Assembly (NCBI GenBank): GCA_024681705.1
Contig: JAILAI010000284.1
Location: forward strand, 152-64,151
DNA length: 64,000 bases
Direction: 5' to 3'
From: Prevotella sp.
Lineage (GTDB): Bacteria > Bacteroidota > Bacteroidia > Bacteroidales > Bacteroidaceae
Position 1 is the stretch's first letter. Each line of letters begins with the position of its first letter. Shown one piece after another: positions 31,501-40,347 of this stretch. The translations under genes and the position numbers were made by a program. The notes beneath the pieces were generated by a model. It did no database searches and was not told where the DNA came from. It worked only from the letters and a program-made list of their open reading frames with translations.

Positions 31501-31623
31501 ATTCCCGGCTATGGCGTCGATGCGGTGGGCGAAGCGCTCGAAAGCGCCATCCTGCTGGCATTCATGGCCACCGTGTCGTGCAGGCAGAAGAATGTGGAAT
31601 ACAACAATAGTGAAACCCAATAA
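28537..31623 (+). CDS. Large polytopic FtsW/RodA (SEDS)-like protein with beta-rich N-terminal extension; operon gene 3
   Basis: The C-terminus has SPVVLNDLSMPAAFFGAYG (compare the SEDS PE.HTDF.F..I.EE.G loop) and LPFTGRLIPGYG (compare LPLTG.PLP..SYGG). Many TMs; 1028 aa. Confidence 0.65.
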   Translation: MLNHFSFLSYRPFSFRTVATVGAVLLALAFALCLYMASKVQKSVVTTIDSIEFHDLKSISIGEHSDVCYSNVPQRFLIVEPTDEGFAWHVNEQYHDSLQYFKINNENPNRHEIRNSADQKLTTTLRNSHAEATFSLSGADIWEYCKRFDDQKDIPLHLFAPEGKQLGIGSSASFIHIADGSIALVILDERTQLTENGTTVSYTRSGTASADGDKKGHCKVQFFNVSELTTLIDDSVRHFLRTSVKLTEWGAGHVMLSKQGVQGDEETASSILVNFPKPITFVASADSLRKVSQPSSQTITLKQNNNAFPSKSDIFLPAFSNAINFDVCNLEFFHQDDSIVLRDNAQHAYAITAPSWPLFPRVGGEPLLLQSGKHVLHSRAGFIGFSFYLSYLALPAIVTLLLLLLVWSPLSPVKIKNSTRTKKKGGWKWPAFLGIGKPMPKNLYNSRLLEHYPTYLTLIVLGAFVFSACKSLIALKLSYTYPYFEKITAITPTATATAILLFFSLAMLFNSPLRHVAGQRFKLLASWLLCCLLTIGLVYTFFFAIDPQNSQHAIDSYFRSEVYSILPWEWLSQYGINDTHRSVPYALFFAEAFVLVAWLVVDVFWGVFNPVRKGTVTVQRVASPMEKLNQQWQQWADTFNGWVVGLWQKLFPKKATSPNKPASPKKSKWKIINGLRELGLVIVSSVKTALHALSPGHLLLLAALAFIGSQFGNFGTAFISLIVILGLTRALSKVYEYTPNDASGSMVRFCSMLLISMAYIGAAIVGDNGYMTNYLGFAMCLVTFFFLIDRPRAFVGNLQKAARAEKRNIRIAIIFLTAIVVALPFVSSWVINTDKVNYARLARRVMLYSSFNDLQRNGYRYSESDAEFMVIMSHYMQNHEGGNPLSNDTHFLHPSISAGQSPVVLNDLSMPAAFFGAYGIVPTTVVFFVMLLFLAWLVMQFSIGFVDTSRPLLTKAMQWRLLAVFMWIGTSFYIYLSYIDQLPFTGRLIPGYGVDAVGEALESAILLAFMATVSCRQKNVEYNNSETQ

Positions 31624-31647
31624 GAAAGTTACAATAAACACTCAGAT

Positions 31648-33294
31648 ATGAAGTCAAAACTATTCAAGCGTCTGCGCTATTTCTTCCGCTATCAGGTGGG
31701 AAACCGGAAGCGCATCTTCCTTGCTGTCGTGGGAACCACTTCGAGCGGCAAGTCGTTCCTGCTTAACGACATCATAACATCGCTGAGCAGCATGTCGGCA
31801 GTGTCCTCACCTTTGAAGGATTTTCCGATGAAAGGCATGCCTGCAGGGACATTTCTGCCAATGAAGGACATCGGCAGCTACTCGCCCGACGAATATGGAG
31901 GCACCGGACGAACACCCATCTATGCCTGCTCACAGAAGAGTTTCTACGGAGTTTCCATGCGCTACAACAACAGCCGCGACGAGCACGACCTGGTGTTTCT
32001 CAACATCCCTGGTGAAATATTCAACAAAGCAGACAACGGCGGCATCTCACGTCTTCAGGCATACATCATGCTGAAGTCGCGCATTGCCCAGATGAAGAAG
32101 AAATTCTACGTGTCGCGATGGGAAAGTGCAAGCGGAGAGGAACGCCTGATAGTACAGCCCGTAGTGGCAGGACCAGAGGAAGCTGTCACCACGCCGACCT
32201 TTACAGGAGGCAACCAGACATTTCGCATTCGCTACCGTGACTGGAACGAAATCTTCGGCGAACTGACTTCATCGGGATTCCACTTCGTCCAAGGAAGCCG
32301 AAAGAAGATCAGCGGTAAAAAGCTTTTGCGGCAGTTCTTCTTCTACGATACCGACTCTATCATGATGACGATATACGATATGATTCAGTCGCAGCAGCTG
32401 TCGGAACTGCCTTTCACAGCGACAGACTTCCGTGCACAGCTCTACGATAACAGTTTCACGTTCTTCCATTTCTGCGCACTCGCTTCCGATATCGTGCTCT
32501 GCGACCGTATCTACACGAAGAACGAACCGTCGGAAGGCGAGATGCTGTTTGGCGACTTGGCCGATGGTCTGCAATCGTTCCTCGACGACTGCAACGAAAA
32601 AGCAGAAAAGAAGAATGTCTACCTGGCCTTCAGAAACGTGGACTTCCTGATGCTGGAAAAGGAGAAAGCCTATCAGAAACTCTACAACGAAACCTTGAGC
32701 ACCATGAGCACAGAGGGGCGCCGAAACGCCATCTACTCGCTGTTCAACTACACGATGCTACACCATATAGACCCCACGCTGAACATTCCCAAGCACGAGT
32801 TCTGCGATTTCATCGGACTACCAACAGCCGACGAGCAGACAAACTTTGAGGGCATTCCCAGCGATCCCGACGCACTCACCGAGCTGTTGGTAGACCTCAA
32901 TGGCGCCGATGGACACATCCACATGGCTGCCGACCTGAGGAACCACATCACTACTCGTCTGGGCGGTGAGGGACTTGCCTTCAGGAAACTGTTGCAGAAG
33001 ACGGGTAAGACTCCCGAGGAAAACAACGACGCCAGGTCGCGCATCGTACCTCATGTATACTTCACCTGCACACCCATCACGCAGAACTACGAGATTTACC
33101 AGAACTACATAGAACGTGGACAAGTGGCCCACGACTTCAGTCGCGAAGTGGACGGTCATGTGTATCGGTTCCACGAACAGTTCTCGCACGCCTGCTTCGG
33201 TAGCTACCAGTTGTGCATGGACATTCTCACGCAGCACAAGCTGGGCAACTTCGAACAAGGATCGCTGCTCAGAATTGTGGAAGGAGAAGAATAG
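31648..33294 (+). CDS. TRAFAC-like GTPase paralog 1; operon gene 4
   Basis: LAVVGTTSSGKS (G1), GGTGRTP (G2), FLNIPGE (G3-like), YLAFRNVD (G4-like). Confidence 0.7.
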   Translation: MKSKLFKRLRYFFRYQVGNRKRIFLAVVGTTSSGKSFLLNDIITSLSSMSAVSSPLKDFPMKGMPAGTFLPMKDIGSYSPDEYGGTGRTPIYACSQKSFYGVSMRYNNSRDEHDLVFLNIPGEIFNKADNGGISRLQAYIMLKSRIAQMKKKFYVSRWESASGEERLIVQPVVAGPEEAVTTPTFTGGNQTFRIRYRDWNEIFGELTSSGFHFVQGSRKKISGKKLLRQFFFYDTDSIMMTIYDMIQSQQLSELPFTATDFRAQLYDNSFTFFHFCALASDIVLCDRIYTKNEPSEGEMLFGDLADGLQSFLDDCNEKAEKKNVYLAFRNVDFLMLEKEKAYQKLYNETLSTMSTEGRRNAIYSLFNYTMLHHIDPTLNIPKHEFCDFIGLPTADEQTNFEGIPSDPDALTELLVDLNGADGHIHMAADLRNHITTRLGGEGLAFRKLLQKTGKTPEENNDARSRIVPHVYFTCTPITQNYEIYQNYIERGQVAHDFSREVDGHVYRFHEQFSHACFGSYQLCMDILTQHKLGNFEQGSLLRIVEGEE

Positions 33295-33363
33295 GCCTTT
33301 GGGTCGTGAAGGTCTTTTGTGACTTTACCGACCTGAATGCTTTTAAGCCACTAAAGAAAGAAT

Positions 33364-34809
33364 ATGACGAAAGAAGAATACACCAGGCTGATGTCTTACC
33401 TACCCTTCTACGGGGCGGGGAAAAACAACCTGCGCCTTGCGGTGATTGGAGCGAGAGGCAGTGGAAAGAGCTATCTGCTCTTCGACATGATTCATGCCTT
33501 TGGCCAGCTCGGCTTTGTGCCCGAACCGGTGAAACCAGGCTATCCCCACAGCAGCTTCGGCGCCTTCTTCTACGACGCACTCAACGGCGATACGGGCGGC
33601 ATGAAGCAGACTGAGCGCTATGCGTGCCGGCCAAGAAACCACTACGGCGCCACCTTCCGCATCAACGCATTGCGCCGACTGCATGTGGACTTCCTCAACA
33701 TCCCGGGCGAGGTGTTCGACGGAGGAAAGAAGAAACTTGGCATGTTCTTCGAACTGAAGAAATGTATAGAGCACGTGGAAAAAGGCGTGTTCACGGTGAG
33801 CGAATGGAGAAGTCCTGTAGGTGGCAGGGAAATGATAGTGACGGGTGCATCCCACAAACCTGCCTACCCGACGACACCTCCCTCGCCAATGCAGGGAAAC
33901 GAAGACCAAAGGGGCAACTATCTCGACTGGAAGGAAATCTACAACAACCTCGTGAGCAACGGTTTCATCGAACTGAAGCGCAAGGAGGTGAGCGGGAAGG
34001 CGCTGCTCAAGCATATTACGGAACTGAACACCGACTCGCTGCTGCTGACCATTCGCAATGAGTGGAACCGCATCACAAGCTGGCTTTCGCTCGACCTCCA
34101 GGAGTATGAGGCGTGGGGAGTTCTGCACGATTTCTATTCGCTGATGGTGTGCCAGACGGCCACCGACATCATCATTTGCGACCGTCTGTCGGCTCCCACT
34201 GGCGTAGGCGAACTGCTGGAAACGGTTGCACAACAGGTAGGTAGCGTCGAAGGACGCACGCCCTCGGTCTATCTGGCATTCAGAGAAGCCGACAAACTAC
34301 TGAAGGCACCGCTGGAAGGTCCCGCCGAGACGCTCTACAAAAGGGCAGAAGCCGAGATTCGTCAGGGGCTGCGGAAAGGAGGCGAGATGCAGTCGTCGCT
34401 CGTCAATATGACCGATGCCGTGCGCCGACATATCATGCAGAGCATCGGCGACGGAGTGGGACATGCCTTCTGGCACCTGCTGAACGCTGCCGAACCACGC
34501 AACTACTGGTGGCGCCTGAAGCAGCGCTTGTTCAACTGGCCACCCATCTTCGAACAGGCATCGCAAGGCGGTCTGCCTCCGTACATGTACTTCACCGCTA
34601 CGCCCATCGACAAGTCGTTGCGTCTCTATCACAGCGACCCGTCGGACGTGACGCGCTTCTACAACAGTGACGACGGCCAACTGCGGTCGTTCACCAAGGA
34701 ACTGGCCTGCTCCCGCACAGAGCACCTCTGCTTCGGAAGTCTGCAACTGCTGAAGGACATCCTGGGGCGCTACGGACTGTCGAACGGGATAAATGGAAAA
34801 AAGGAATGA
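33364..34809 (+). CDS. TRAFAC-like GTPase paralog 2; operon gene 5
   Basis: LAVIGARGSGKS, GGMKQTE, FLNIPGE and YLAFREAD. Collinear with gene 4 (CDR, YFTxTPI, CFGSxQLxxDIL). Confidence 0.7.
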   Translation: MTKEEYTRLMSYLPFYGAGKNNLRLAVIGARGSGKSYLLFDMIHAFGQLGFVPEPVKPGYPHSSFGAFFYDALNGDTGGMKQTERYACRPRNHYGATFRINALRRLHVDFLNIPGEVFDGGKKKLGMFFELKKCIEHVEKGVFTVSEWRSPVGGREMIVTGASHKPAYPTTPPSPMQGNEDQRGNYLDWKEIYNNLVSNGFIELKRKEVSGKALLKHITELNTDSLLLTIRNEWNRITSWLSLDLQEYEAWGVLHDFYSLMVCQTATDIIICDRLSAPTGVGELLETVAQQVGSVEGRTPSVYLAFREADKLLKAPLEGPAETLYKRAEAEIRQGLRKGGEMQSSLVNMTDAVRRHIMQSIGDGVGHAFWHLLNAAEPRNYWWRLKQRLFNWPPIFEQASQGGLPPYMYFTATPIDKSLRLYHSDPSDVTRFYNSDDGQLRSFTKELACSRTEHLCFGSLQLLKDILGRYGLSNGINGKKE

Positions 34810-34830
34810 ATAACAAAAATGTTTTAGGCA

Positions 34831-37470
34831 ATGAATAAAACGATTCACATAGCGCAGTTCGCCGCCGGATCACGGTACGACAATATTGGCGACACGACGC
34901 TCTTCTACTCTGAAGGCTTCAGCAAACGAGCCAACGACGTGAGCGGAATCTTTCTCGACAACCCGCCAATGCTGTCGAGCCGACATGCCAGTCTGGTGTG
35001 GCGGTATTATAAAGATGTGGACAGATACATACTCATCCATGTGCAAGGCTCGCACGTGGTGAGCTCGGCCATGGGCCGTAACTACCCATTCCGGGCAGGC
35101 TACGAGGTGAGCCGCGACGACATGAACGCAATCGACTTCTCGCTCACGTCGCTTTTCGCGGTGATGCCCCGCATAGAGAATATGCCAAAGGGACGCACCG
35201 AGGCGCAACGCGACATTGCCTGCGGTCATCCATACCTGTCGCGACAGGCTGAGGCACTGGCCGGACAGCTGATCAATGCCCTGATTCGGGGACAGCGACT
35301 GTATCTCTCGATGCCAGTTCCCGACGAGGACTACCGCTGCGACGGCATTTTCAATGCGCCCGAACTGACGGTGCTGCTGACGGCTATCGAGAGTCTGCCG
35401 CTACAACTCAGGCGTTATGCGACGTTCGGTTTCTGCATCGACGACCGTTTCTCCTTCGTGCTCGACGACGTGCTCCTGATGGTCTACGACGAAGACTCGA
35501 AAATCAATATTCCCTCTAACGCCATCGCCATGTCGTGGGAGAAAGCTGTGACGACTCCACCCGTGGTCGACGCCGTGTCACTTAACGCGCTCCAGGCTGT
35601 CAAACTGCCCGGTGCCAATGGCCCGCTGCTCTCGCTCGACGCTCTGCGGCAGGCTGTCGACGTGGCGCGGAAATCACCTGCCGACCTCACCGCTGCCGAA
35701 TGGCCTATATGGATTGCGCTCGGACGACAGTTCGGCGAGCTGCAGGTGACGGGCTGGCCACAGTTCGCTGCCTACTATCAACGAATGGATGCGCAGACAA
35801 GAGAGCAGTGGGTAGCCTATTGCCGCAAGACCTCAATCGGCTGGCCTCTCAACGGATTCAGCGAGCCGCTGCTGGGCGTGATGCGCTACGGCGACGATGA
35901 GCACCGCCAGATTCAACGCGCTGCACTGCCTGCATTTCTATTGGAGGGCGGCTATTCCTTCCTTTTCAAAGAGGGTCTTACGTCCGAACTGAAGGAAAAC
36001 CTCGACGCCAACCTGCTGGCGGCCAACACGAAGAACCCAACGCCTGAGAGCATCAGGAAATGGTACGAGATATACTCCAACAATAAACGGCTCGGTGCAA
36101 CGGGCGTGCAGACACTCTTCAAAGACCTTTTCAGCCGGCATGTGGCGCCTCAGCTCAAGAACCTGAGCGACATCGTCTCCCTCATGGAGGCCTGTCCCTT
36201 CATCCCCGCCAGTGCCTTCAGTTGTCCGGCGAAGGTCTACAAGCCAAAGAACATTCAGCGATTGGCACCCCATCATCGTCAGCTGGTGGAGCAGTGGATT
36301 CGCAAAGCCGTCGACGCGACGTCGTTCACATCTATCAACGAGGTGGTGTCGCTGCTGGCGAAGGCGAATATGAAGAATGCTCCAGACGACGTGGAGATGC
36401 TGTCGCTGCGCGAGATAAAGCCCAAAGCACTGAAAGAACTGCTGCTGCAACGCAAGGGCGAAGACACGCTGGCAGCTTGTGAGGCTGTGCTTGCGCAAGC
36501 CAGCAAACTACCGAAACAGTGGCACGATTTCGTAGTTCAGAAGGTGTTGCCTGCTGCCAACGACGTGCTCTTCTCGGCCGATGGTCTGCTGCCCCGAGAG
36601 GTTTTGCTCGACACCGCACAATGGTCGCGCCTCGGACCGCTGAAGAAACGCTGTCCGCACGTGTTCGTGCTCCTTTCCGAACGTCTCTCACAACTCTTCA
36701 GCACTTCGCCCTACACCGAAACGGCCGCTACTGTAAAGAGGATGCGGTCGGAAGGCGCATTGCCCATTATCGAGATTTTCATCAATTCATTAAAAAAACG
36801 AAACAAGAATATGGCAAACGATTTAGAAAAACAGTATAAGGCGCTCCGGAAGAAATCCTCGCGCTTCAGCCTCAAACTCATTGCCGCACTGGCATGCGGA
36901 CTCATCGTGGGTTCAGTCCTTACGCTAGGTGGAATGGGTCTGTACAAGTTGCTGTCGGGTAGTGAAACGGCAGAACAGACAGGCGGCACTTCGATACACT
37001 GGGCCGACAACGGACAAGGCAACCTGATGGTGCGACTGGCCGACATTGCCGACTGGGACAACATCAGCGAGGTGAAGATTGACACGTTCAGTCTGAAGAA
37101 CTTCTCATTCCCAAAGACCACCGATCTGCTGCTGCTCAACCAGCGCTACTACACCAGTGCCACCACGCCGAAAGCTGAGCCTGCCAAAGCAGTGGTCTAT
37201 ATGGTCAACGAGAAAGGACAACAGACCACACCGCCCGTTACCGACACCTTGACGTTTGCCAGCGACCACTCACTGCTCTCCACCGTGTGCAGTCGCGATT
37301 GCCGCATCGGCAGCATCATGGTGGACGACAGCATCGTGGTCGACATCCCCAACAAGGAACTGATGGGCAATGACTCCACCGCACTCACCACGAAAGACTC
37401 ACGCTACTATCTCCGCGTGGTGAAATACGTACAGTCGAAACTGCCTGCCGGCACCATCATCGCCTATTGA
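34831..37470 (+). CDS. Large single-pass membrane protein, GTPase-associated protein 1 (GAP1)-like; operon gene 6
   Basis: MGRNYPF and SLPLQLRRYATFGF motifs recall GAP1-N2/GAP1-M (from memory, unverified). Helical middle, TM LIAALACGLIVGSVLTLGGMGLY, beta-rich C-terminus. Confidence 0.5.
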   Translation: MNKTIHIAQFAAGSRYDNIGDTTLFYSEGFSKRANDVSGIFLDNPPMLSSRHASLVWRYYKDVDRYILIHVQGSHVVSSAMGRNYPFRAGYEVSRDDMNAIDFSLTSLFAVMPRIENMPKGRTEAQRDIACGHPYLSRQAEALAGQLINALIRGQRLYLSMPVPDEDYRCDGIFNAPELTVLLTAIESLPLQLRRYATFGFCIDDRFSFVLDDVLLMVYDEDSKINIPSNAIAMSWEKAVTTPPVVDAVSLNALQAVKLPGANGPLLSLDALRQAVDVARKSPADLTAAEWPIWIALGRQFGELQVTGWPQFAAYYQRMDAQTREQWVAYCRKTSIGWPLNGFSEPLLGVMRYGDDEHRQIQRAALPAFLLEGGYSFLFKEGLTSELKENLDANLLAANTKNPTPESIRKWYEIYSNNKRLGATGVQTLFKDLFSRHVAPQLKNLSDIVSLMEACPFIPASAFSCPAKVYKPKNIQRLAPHHRQLVEQWIRKAVDATSFTSINEVVSLLAKANMKNAPDDVEMLSLREIKPKALKELLLQRKGEDTLAACEAVLAQASKLPKQWHDFVVQKVLPAANDVLFSADGLLPREVLLDTAQWSRLGPLKKRCPHVFVLLSERLSQLFSTSPYTETAATVKRMRSEGALPIIEIFINSLKKRNKNMANDLEKQYKALRKKSSRFSLKLIAALACGLIVGSVLTLGGMGLYKLLSGSETAEQTGGTSIHWADNGQGNLMVRLADIADWDNISEVKIDTFSLKNFSFPKTTDLLLLNQRYYTSATTPKAEPAKAVVYMVNEKGQQTTPPVTDTLTFASDHSLLSTVCSRDCRIGSIMVDDSIVVDIPNKELMGNDSTALTTKDSRYYLRVVKYVQSKLPAGTIIAY

Positions 37471-37523
37471 CAAAGCCGCGTGCATGAGTCCTTCATTCTA
37501 CATTTCTCTATTCCCCATACTCA

Positions 37524-40289
37524 ATGAACGAACCACGAATAGATAAACACCTGCAAAACGACAAGCAGATACCGCTGCGGCCTTTCCTCGTGGCGGGCAT
37601 CCCTTTTCTCATCATGCTGCTCGCCTTCCTGCTTTCCTTCTTCCAAGGGTGCACCGAACTGGGGCGGGCCAGTAAGCAGAACCTCTACGACCCCACCAGT
37701 CAGCTCAGCGACGACGAGGGCTTCGTGGGGAAGTCGAACATGCTGTTGCAACAGCTGGTCACCGTGGTCGACTCCAGCGTTCAGGCCACTTGTCTCGACA
37801 GTCTGAACAAACGCTACAAGGCATTGGAATTTGCATTGCCCTACGGTGAAGAGCACAAGGCCTACATCGAAGCTGCTGACCTGCGTCTGGTGGCCATTCA
37901 TCCCGAGTACATCAGCGATCCGGACCTCAAGGTGTTCTACTTCAACAGCCGTCTGCCACAACTGCTCCGCCAACAAGAGCAAGAGAAGGGCGAGACCTTC
38001 TTCCGCATGACTATCAGCCCATCGAAGTCGGGCACGAAGAATGGCGTGAAGCCCATCGACATCAAAGCCATCACGCTCATCCCCTCCATGTTCAAGGTCA
38101 CGCTGACAAAGAATCCCTGGACGGGCACCATCTTTGCCAACGACAACTGCCTTTTCACCGACTCCAACGCCATCTTCCTGAGCTACGGAAACACGGTGTT
38201 GCCCTTGCGTCAGCAGAAGAGACTCACCCGCGAAAGCCCCATCTTCTTCCACGCCATCATGCACGACGGCACGATGGCGACGGGTCCTGCCTCGGGAGAG
38301 AAGGGAGCATGGCAGCCCATCAACTACTACGATTACTACCTGAAGGCGTTCCGCGACAGCGCTGCACATGCCGTGTGTATCGAGCTTCACGAAGAGGCGC
38401 AAAGGCCCAAGCTGGCCAGTTTCCTCATCAGCTACGCCAACGACAGCATTCTCATATCGCCCACAGCTCCCATCAACGTTGTGGCCGACGGTCGTTCACA
38501 AACCATACAGCCCACCACCACGGGAGCACAACGACCACCGCTCATCGCGTTCCGCAACGGCATGAAACTCATCGTCTACGACCAGCAGAACCACAAGTTG
38601 GGCGAGTTTGCTCTGCAACGCGACAACCCTTCGCGTGTGCTTTCGTGCCTCGTGCAGGCCAGTACGGGCACCAGCCGCTTCATCATTGCGCCCGAGCAGA
38701 CCGACCTCTTCACGCAACAGATGCTCAGAGGTCTCTCGCGCCACCTGTCGAACCGCGACAACATCGACAGCGTGCAGCTTTCCATCGACCCGCTGCTCTC
38801 GCGCGAATTTGAGAGAGATGTCGTCGACTACTTGCATCAGCTGCAGCGCAACATCAGCCAAGCCAAGCCTGCAAGTCAGATAAAGGAACAATACGACATG
38901 TCTGTCACCATCATGGATCTGGCAACGGGCAACGTGTTGGCATCGCCTTTCTACAACACACTTTTCGACAGCAAAGACTTCCCCGACGTGCTGCGCATGA
39001 CCACTCGCAACGCGGCACTCTCACGAAGGTCGATAGGCTCGGTGTTCAAACCCATGGTGGCACTCGCCGCTGTTGAGGCCACACCATCGCTGCTCAACAT
39101 GGACACACAGAATCCGCGCCGTTATAGCGGACCTGCCAGCTGGGACGACCGCAAGGCCAAGGTGACGTTCTTTGGGCGCAACACCTATGCATGGGCAAAG
39201 AAGTCGGCCAGCCACTGGGGCGGATGCAACTTCACCACCTTCCTGCAACGCTCGGACGACGTGTACCCCGTGGCGCTTGCCGCATTGGCTATGACGGGAC
39301 AAAACGTCGATGGCTCAACGGTCACCACGATGCCCCTCAACGGCAACAGCAACTTCTTCGAACTGGACAACAAGCAGATGCTGAAGTTCAAGAAGGCTGG
39401 CGAGAGCGACAACGCCGACACCCGCGACCATCCCTTCACCGACTGGCTGGCCTATCTCTACGACACCAGCTACGACAAGGACTTCTACACCGACCTCAAT
39501 CCCTTTGCTGCACTCATCAGGAAGGGTGAGCTCGATGCCGACCAGAAGAACTTCGGACTCGAGGAAATCAGTCCGGAACTGACGAGCCTGCGCATGGACC
39601 GCTTCTTCGACGGCGACGACTTCAAGGCGCGCCTGGTACCATGGGTACTCGGACAGGGCGACAACGCATGGAACTGCATCAAACTGGCGGAGGCATGGGC
39701 CCGCATGGTGGGCAAGCACGACGTGAAGGCTTCGTTCATCCGCAGCACTTCACAACCACTATTGCCCACACTCGTCAGAGACGGCGCACAGTTCCCCGCC
39801 AGCACACTCGGACAACGCTCCACAACGGCCATCAACGCCACGTGGAACAGCTTCCTCGAGAAGTTGAACGGTGCACAGAAGGGCGGTTCGCTATTGCAGC
39901 CGATGCACGATCGAGTGGTGGCGCTCAACAACGCCGAGCACACCTCGCTCACCTTGTTCTCGAAGACCGGAACGCCTGACGCCTACATTCGCTACGAATT
40001 CCCGATGCTGGGCGGCAACAACCGCTATGTCGACGTCGGTCTCTACGCCTTCGCCCTCACCAAGAACGACCAGTATACGCGCATCCAGCAGAACGAGTCG
40101 GCCAAGGGCATCGTCTGCATCGTACGTATCACGAGGTCGTACCAGTGTCGCAACTGCCGTCCGGGACATCAATGCCGTAGTTGCGAAAGCTTCTGGGGAC
40201 TGAAATCGTCGCATGCCCGCGACTTCTTCTCAAGCGCGTCTTCCCACCGCTTGCAGAAGCTCTACCACATGACCAAAACCTATTATTAA
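37524..40289 (+). CDS. Penicillin-binding transpeptidase domain protein; operon gene 7
   Basis: N-terminal TM; VQLSIDPLL and IMDLATGNVLA entry motifs; SxxK (GSVFK), SxD (RSDD) and KTG (SKTGT); C-terminal CRNC...CRSC. Confidence 0.85.
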   Translation: MNEPRIDKHLQNDKQIPLRPFLVAGIPFLIMLLAFLLSFFQGCTELGRASKQNLYDPTSQLSDDEGFVGKSNMLLQQLVTVVDSSVQATCLDSLNKRYKALEFALPYGEEHKAYIEAADLRLVAIHPEYISDPDLKVFYFNSRLPQLLRQQEQEKGETFFRMTISPSKSGTKNGVKPIDIKAITLIPSMFKVTLTKNPWTGTIFANDNCLFTDSNAIFLSYGNTVLPLRQQKRLTRESPIFFHAIMHDGTMATGPASGEKGAWQPINYYDYYLKAFRDSAAHAVCIELHEEAQRPKLASFLISYANDSILISPTAPINVVADGRSQTIQPTTTGAQRPPLIAFRNGMKLIVYDQQNHKLGEFALQRDNPSRVLSCLVQASTGTSRFIIAPEQTDLFTQQMLRGLSRHLSNRDNIDSVQLSIDPLLSREFERDVVDYLHQLQRNISQAKPASQIKEQYDMSVTIMDLATGNVLASPFYNTLFDSKDFPDVLRMTTRNAALSRRSIGSVFKPMVALAAVEATPSLLNMDTQNPRRYSGPASWDDRKAKVTFFGRNTYAWAKKSASHWGGCNFTTFLQRSDDVYPVALAALAMTGQNVDGSTVTTMPLNGNSNFFELDNKQMLKFKKAGESDNADTRDHPFTDWLAYLYDTSYDKDFYTDLNPFAALIRKGELDADQKNFGLEEISPELTSLRMDRFFDGDDFKARLVPWVLGQGDNAWNCIKLAEAWARMVGKHDVKASFIRSTSQPLLPTLVRDGAQFPASTLGQRSTTAINATWNSFLEKLNGAQKGGSLLQPMHDRVVALNNAEHTSLTLFSKTGTPDAYIRYEFPMLGGNNRYVDVGLYAFALTKNDQYTRIQQNESAKGIVCIVRITRSYQCRNCRPGHQCRSCESFWGLKSSHARDFFSSASSHRLQKLYHMTKTYY

Positions 40290-40347
40290 TCACTAAGAAC
40301 CGGTTGTCTGCTGATGCCGTCAGGAGGCAGCCGATCCCGTAAACGCA

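Noticed and set aside
28537-40289. Housekeeping rodA-pbp2 or ftsW-ftsI cluster
   Set aside because: Both proteins are oversized and very divergent, and there are no mreBCD, mur or fts neighbours.
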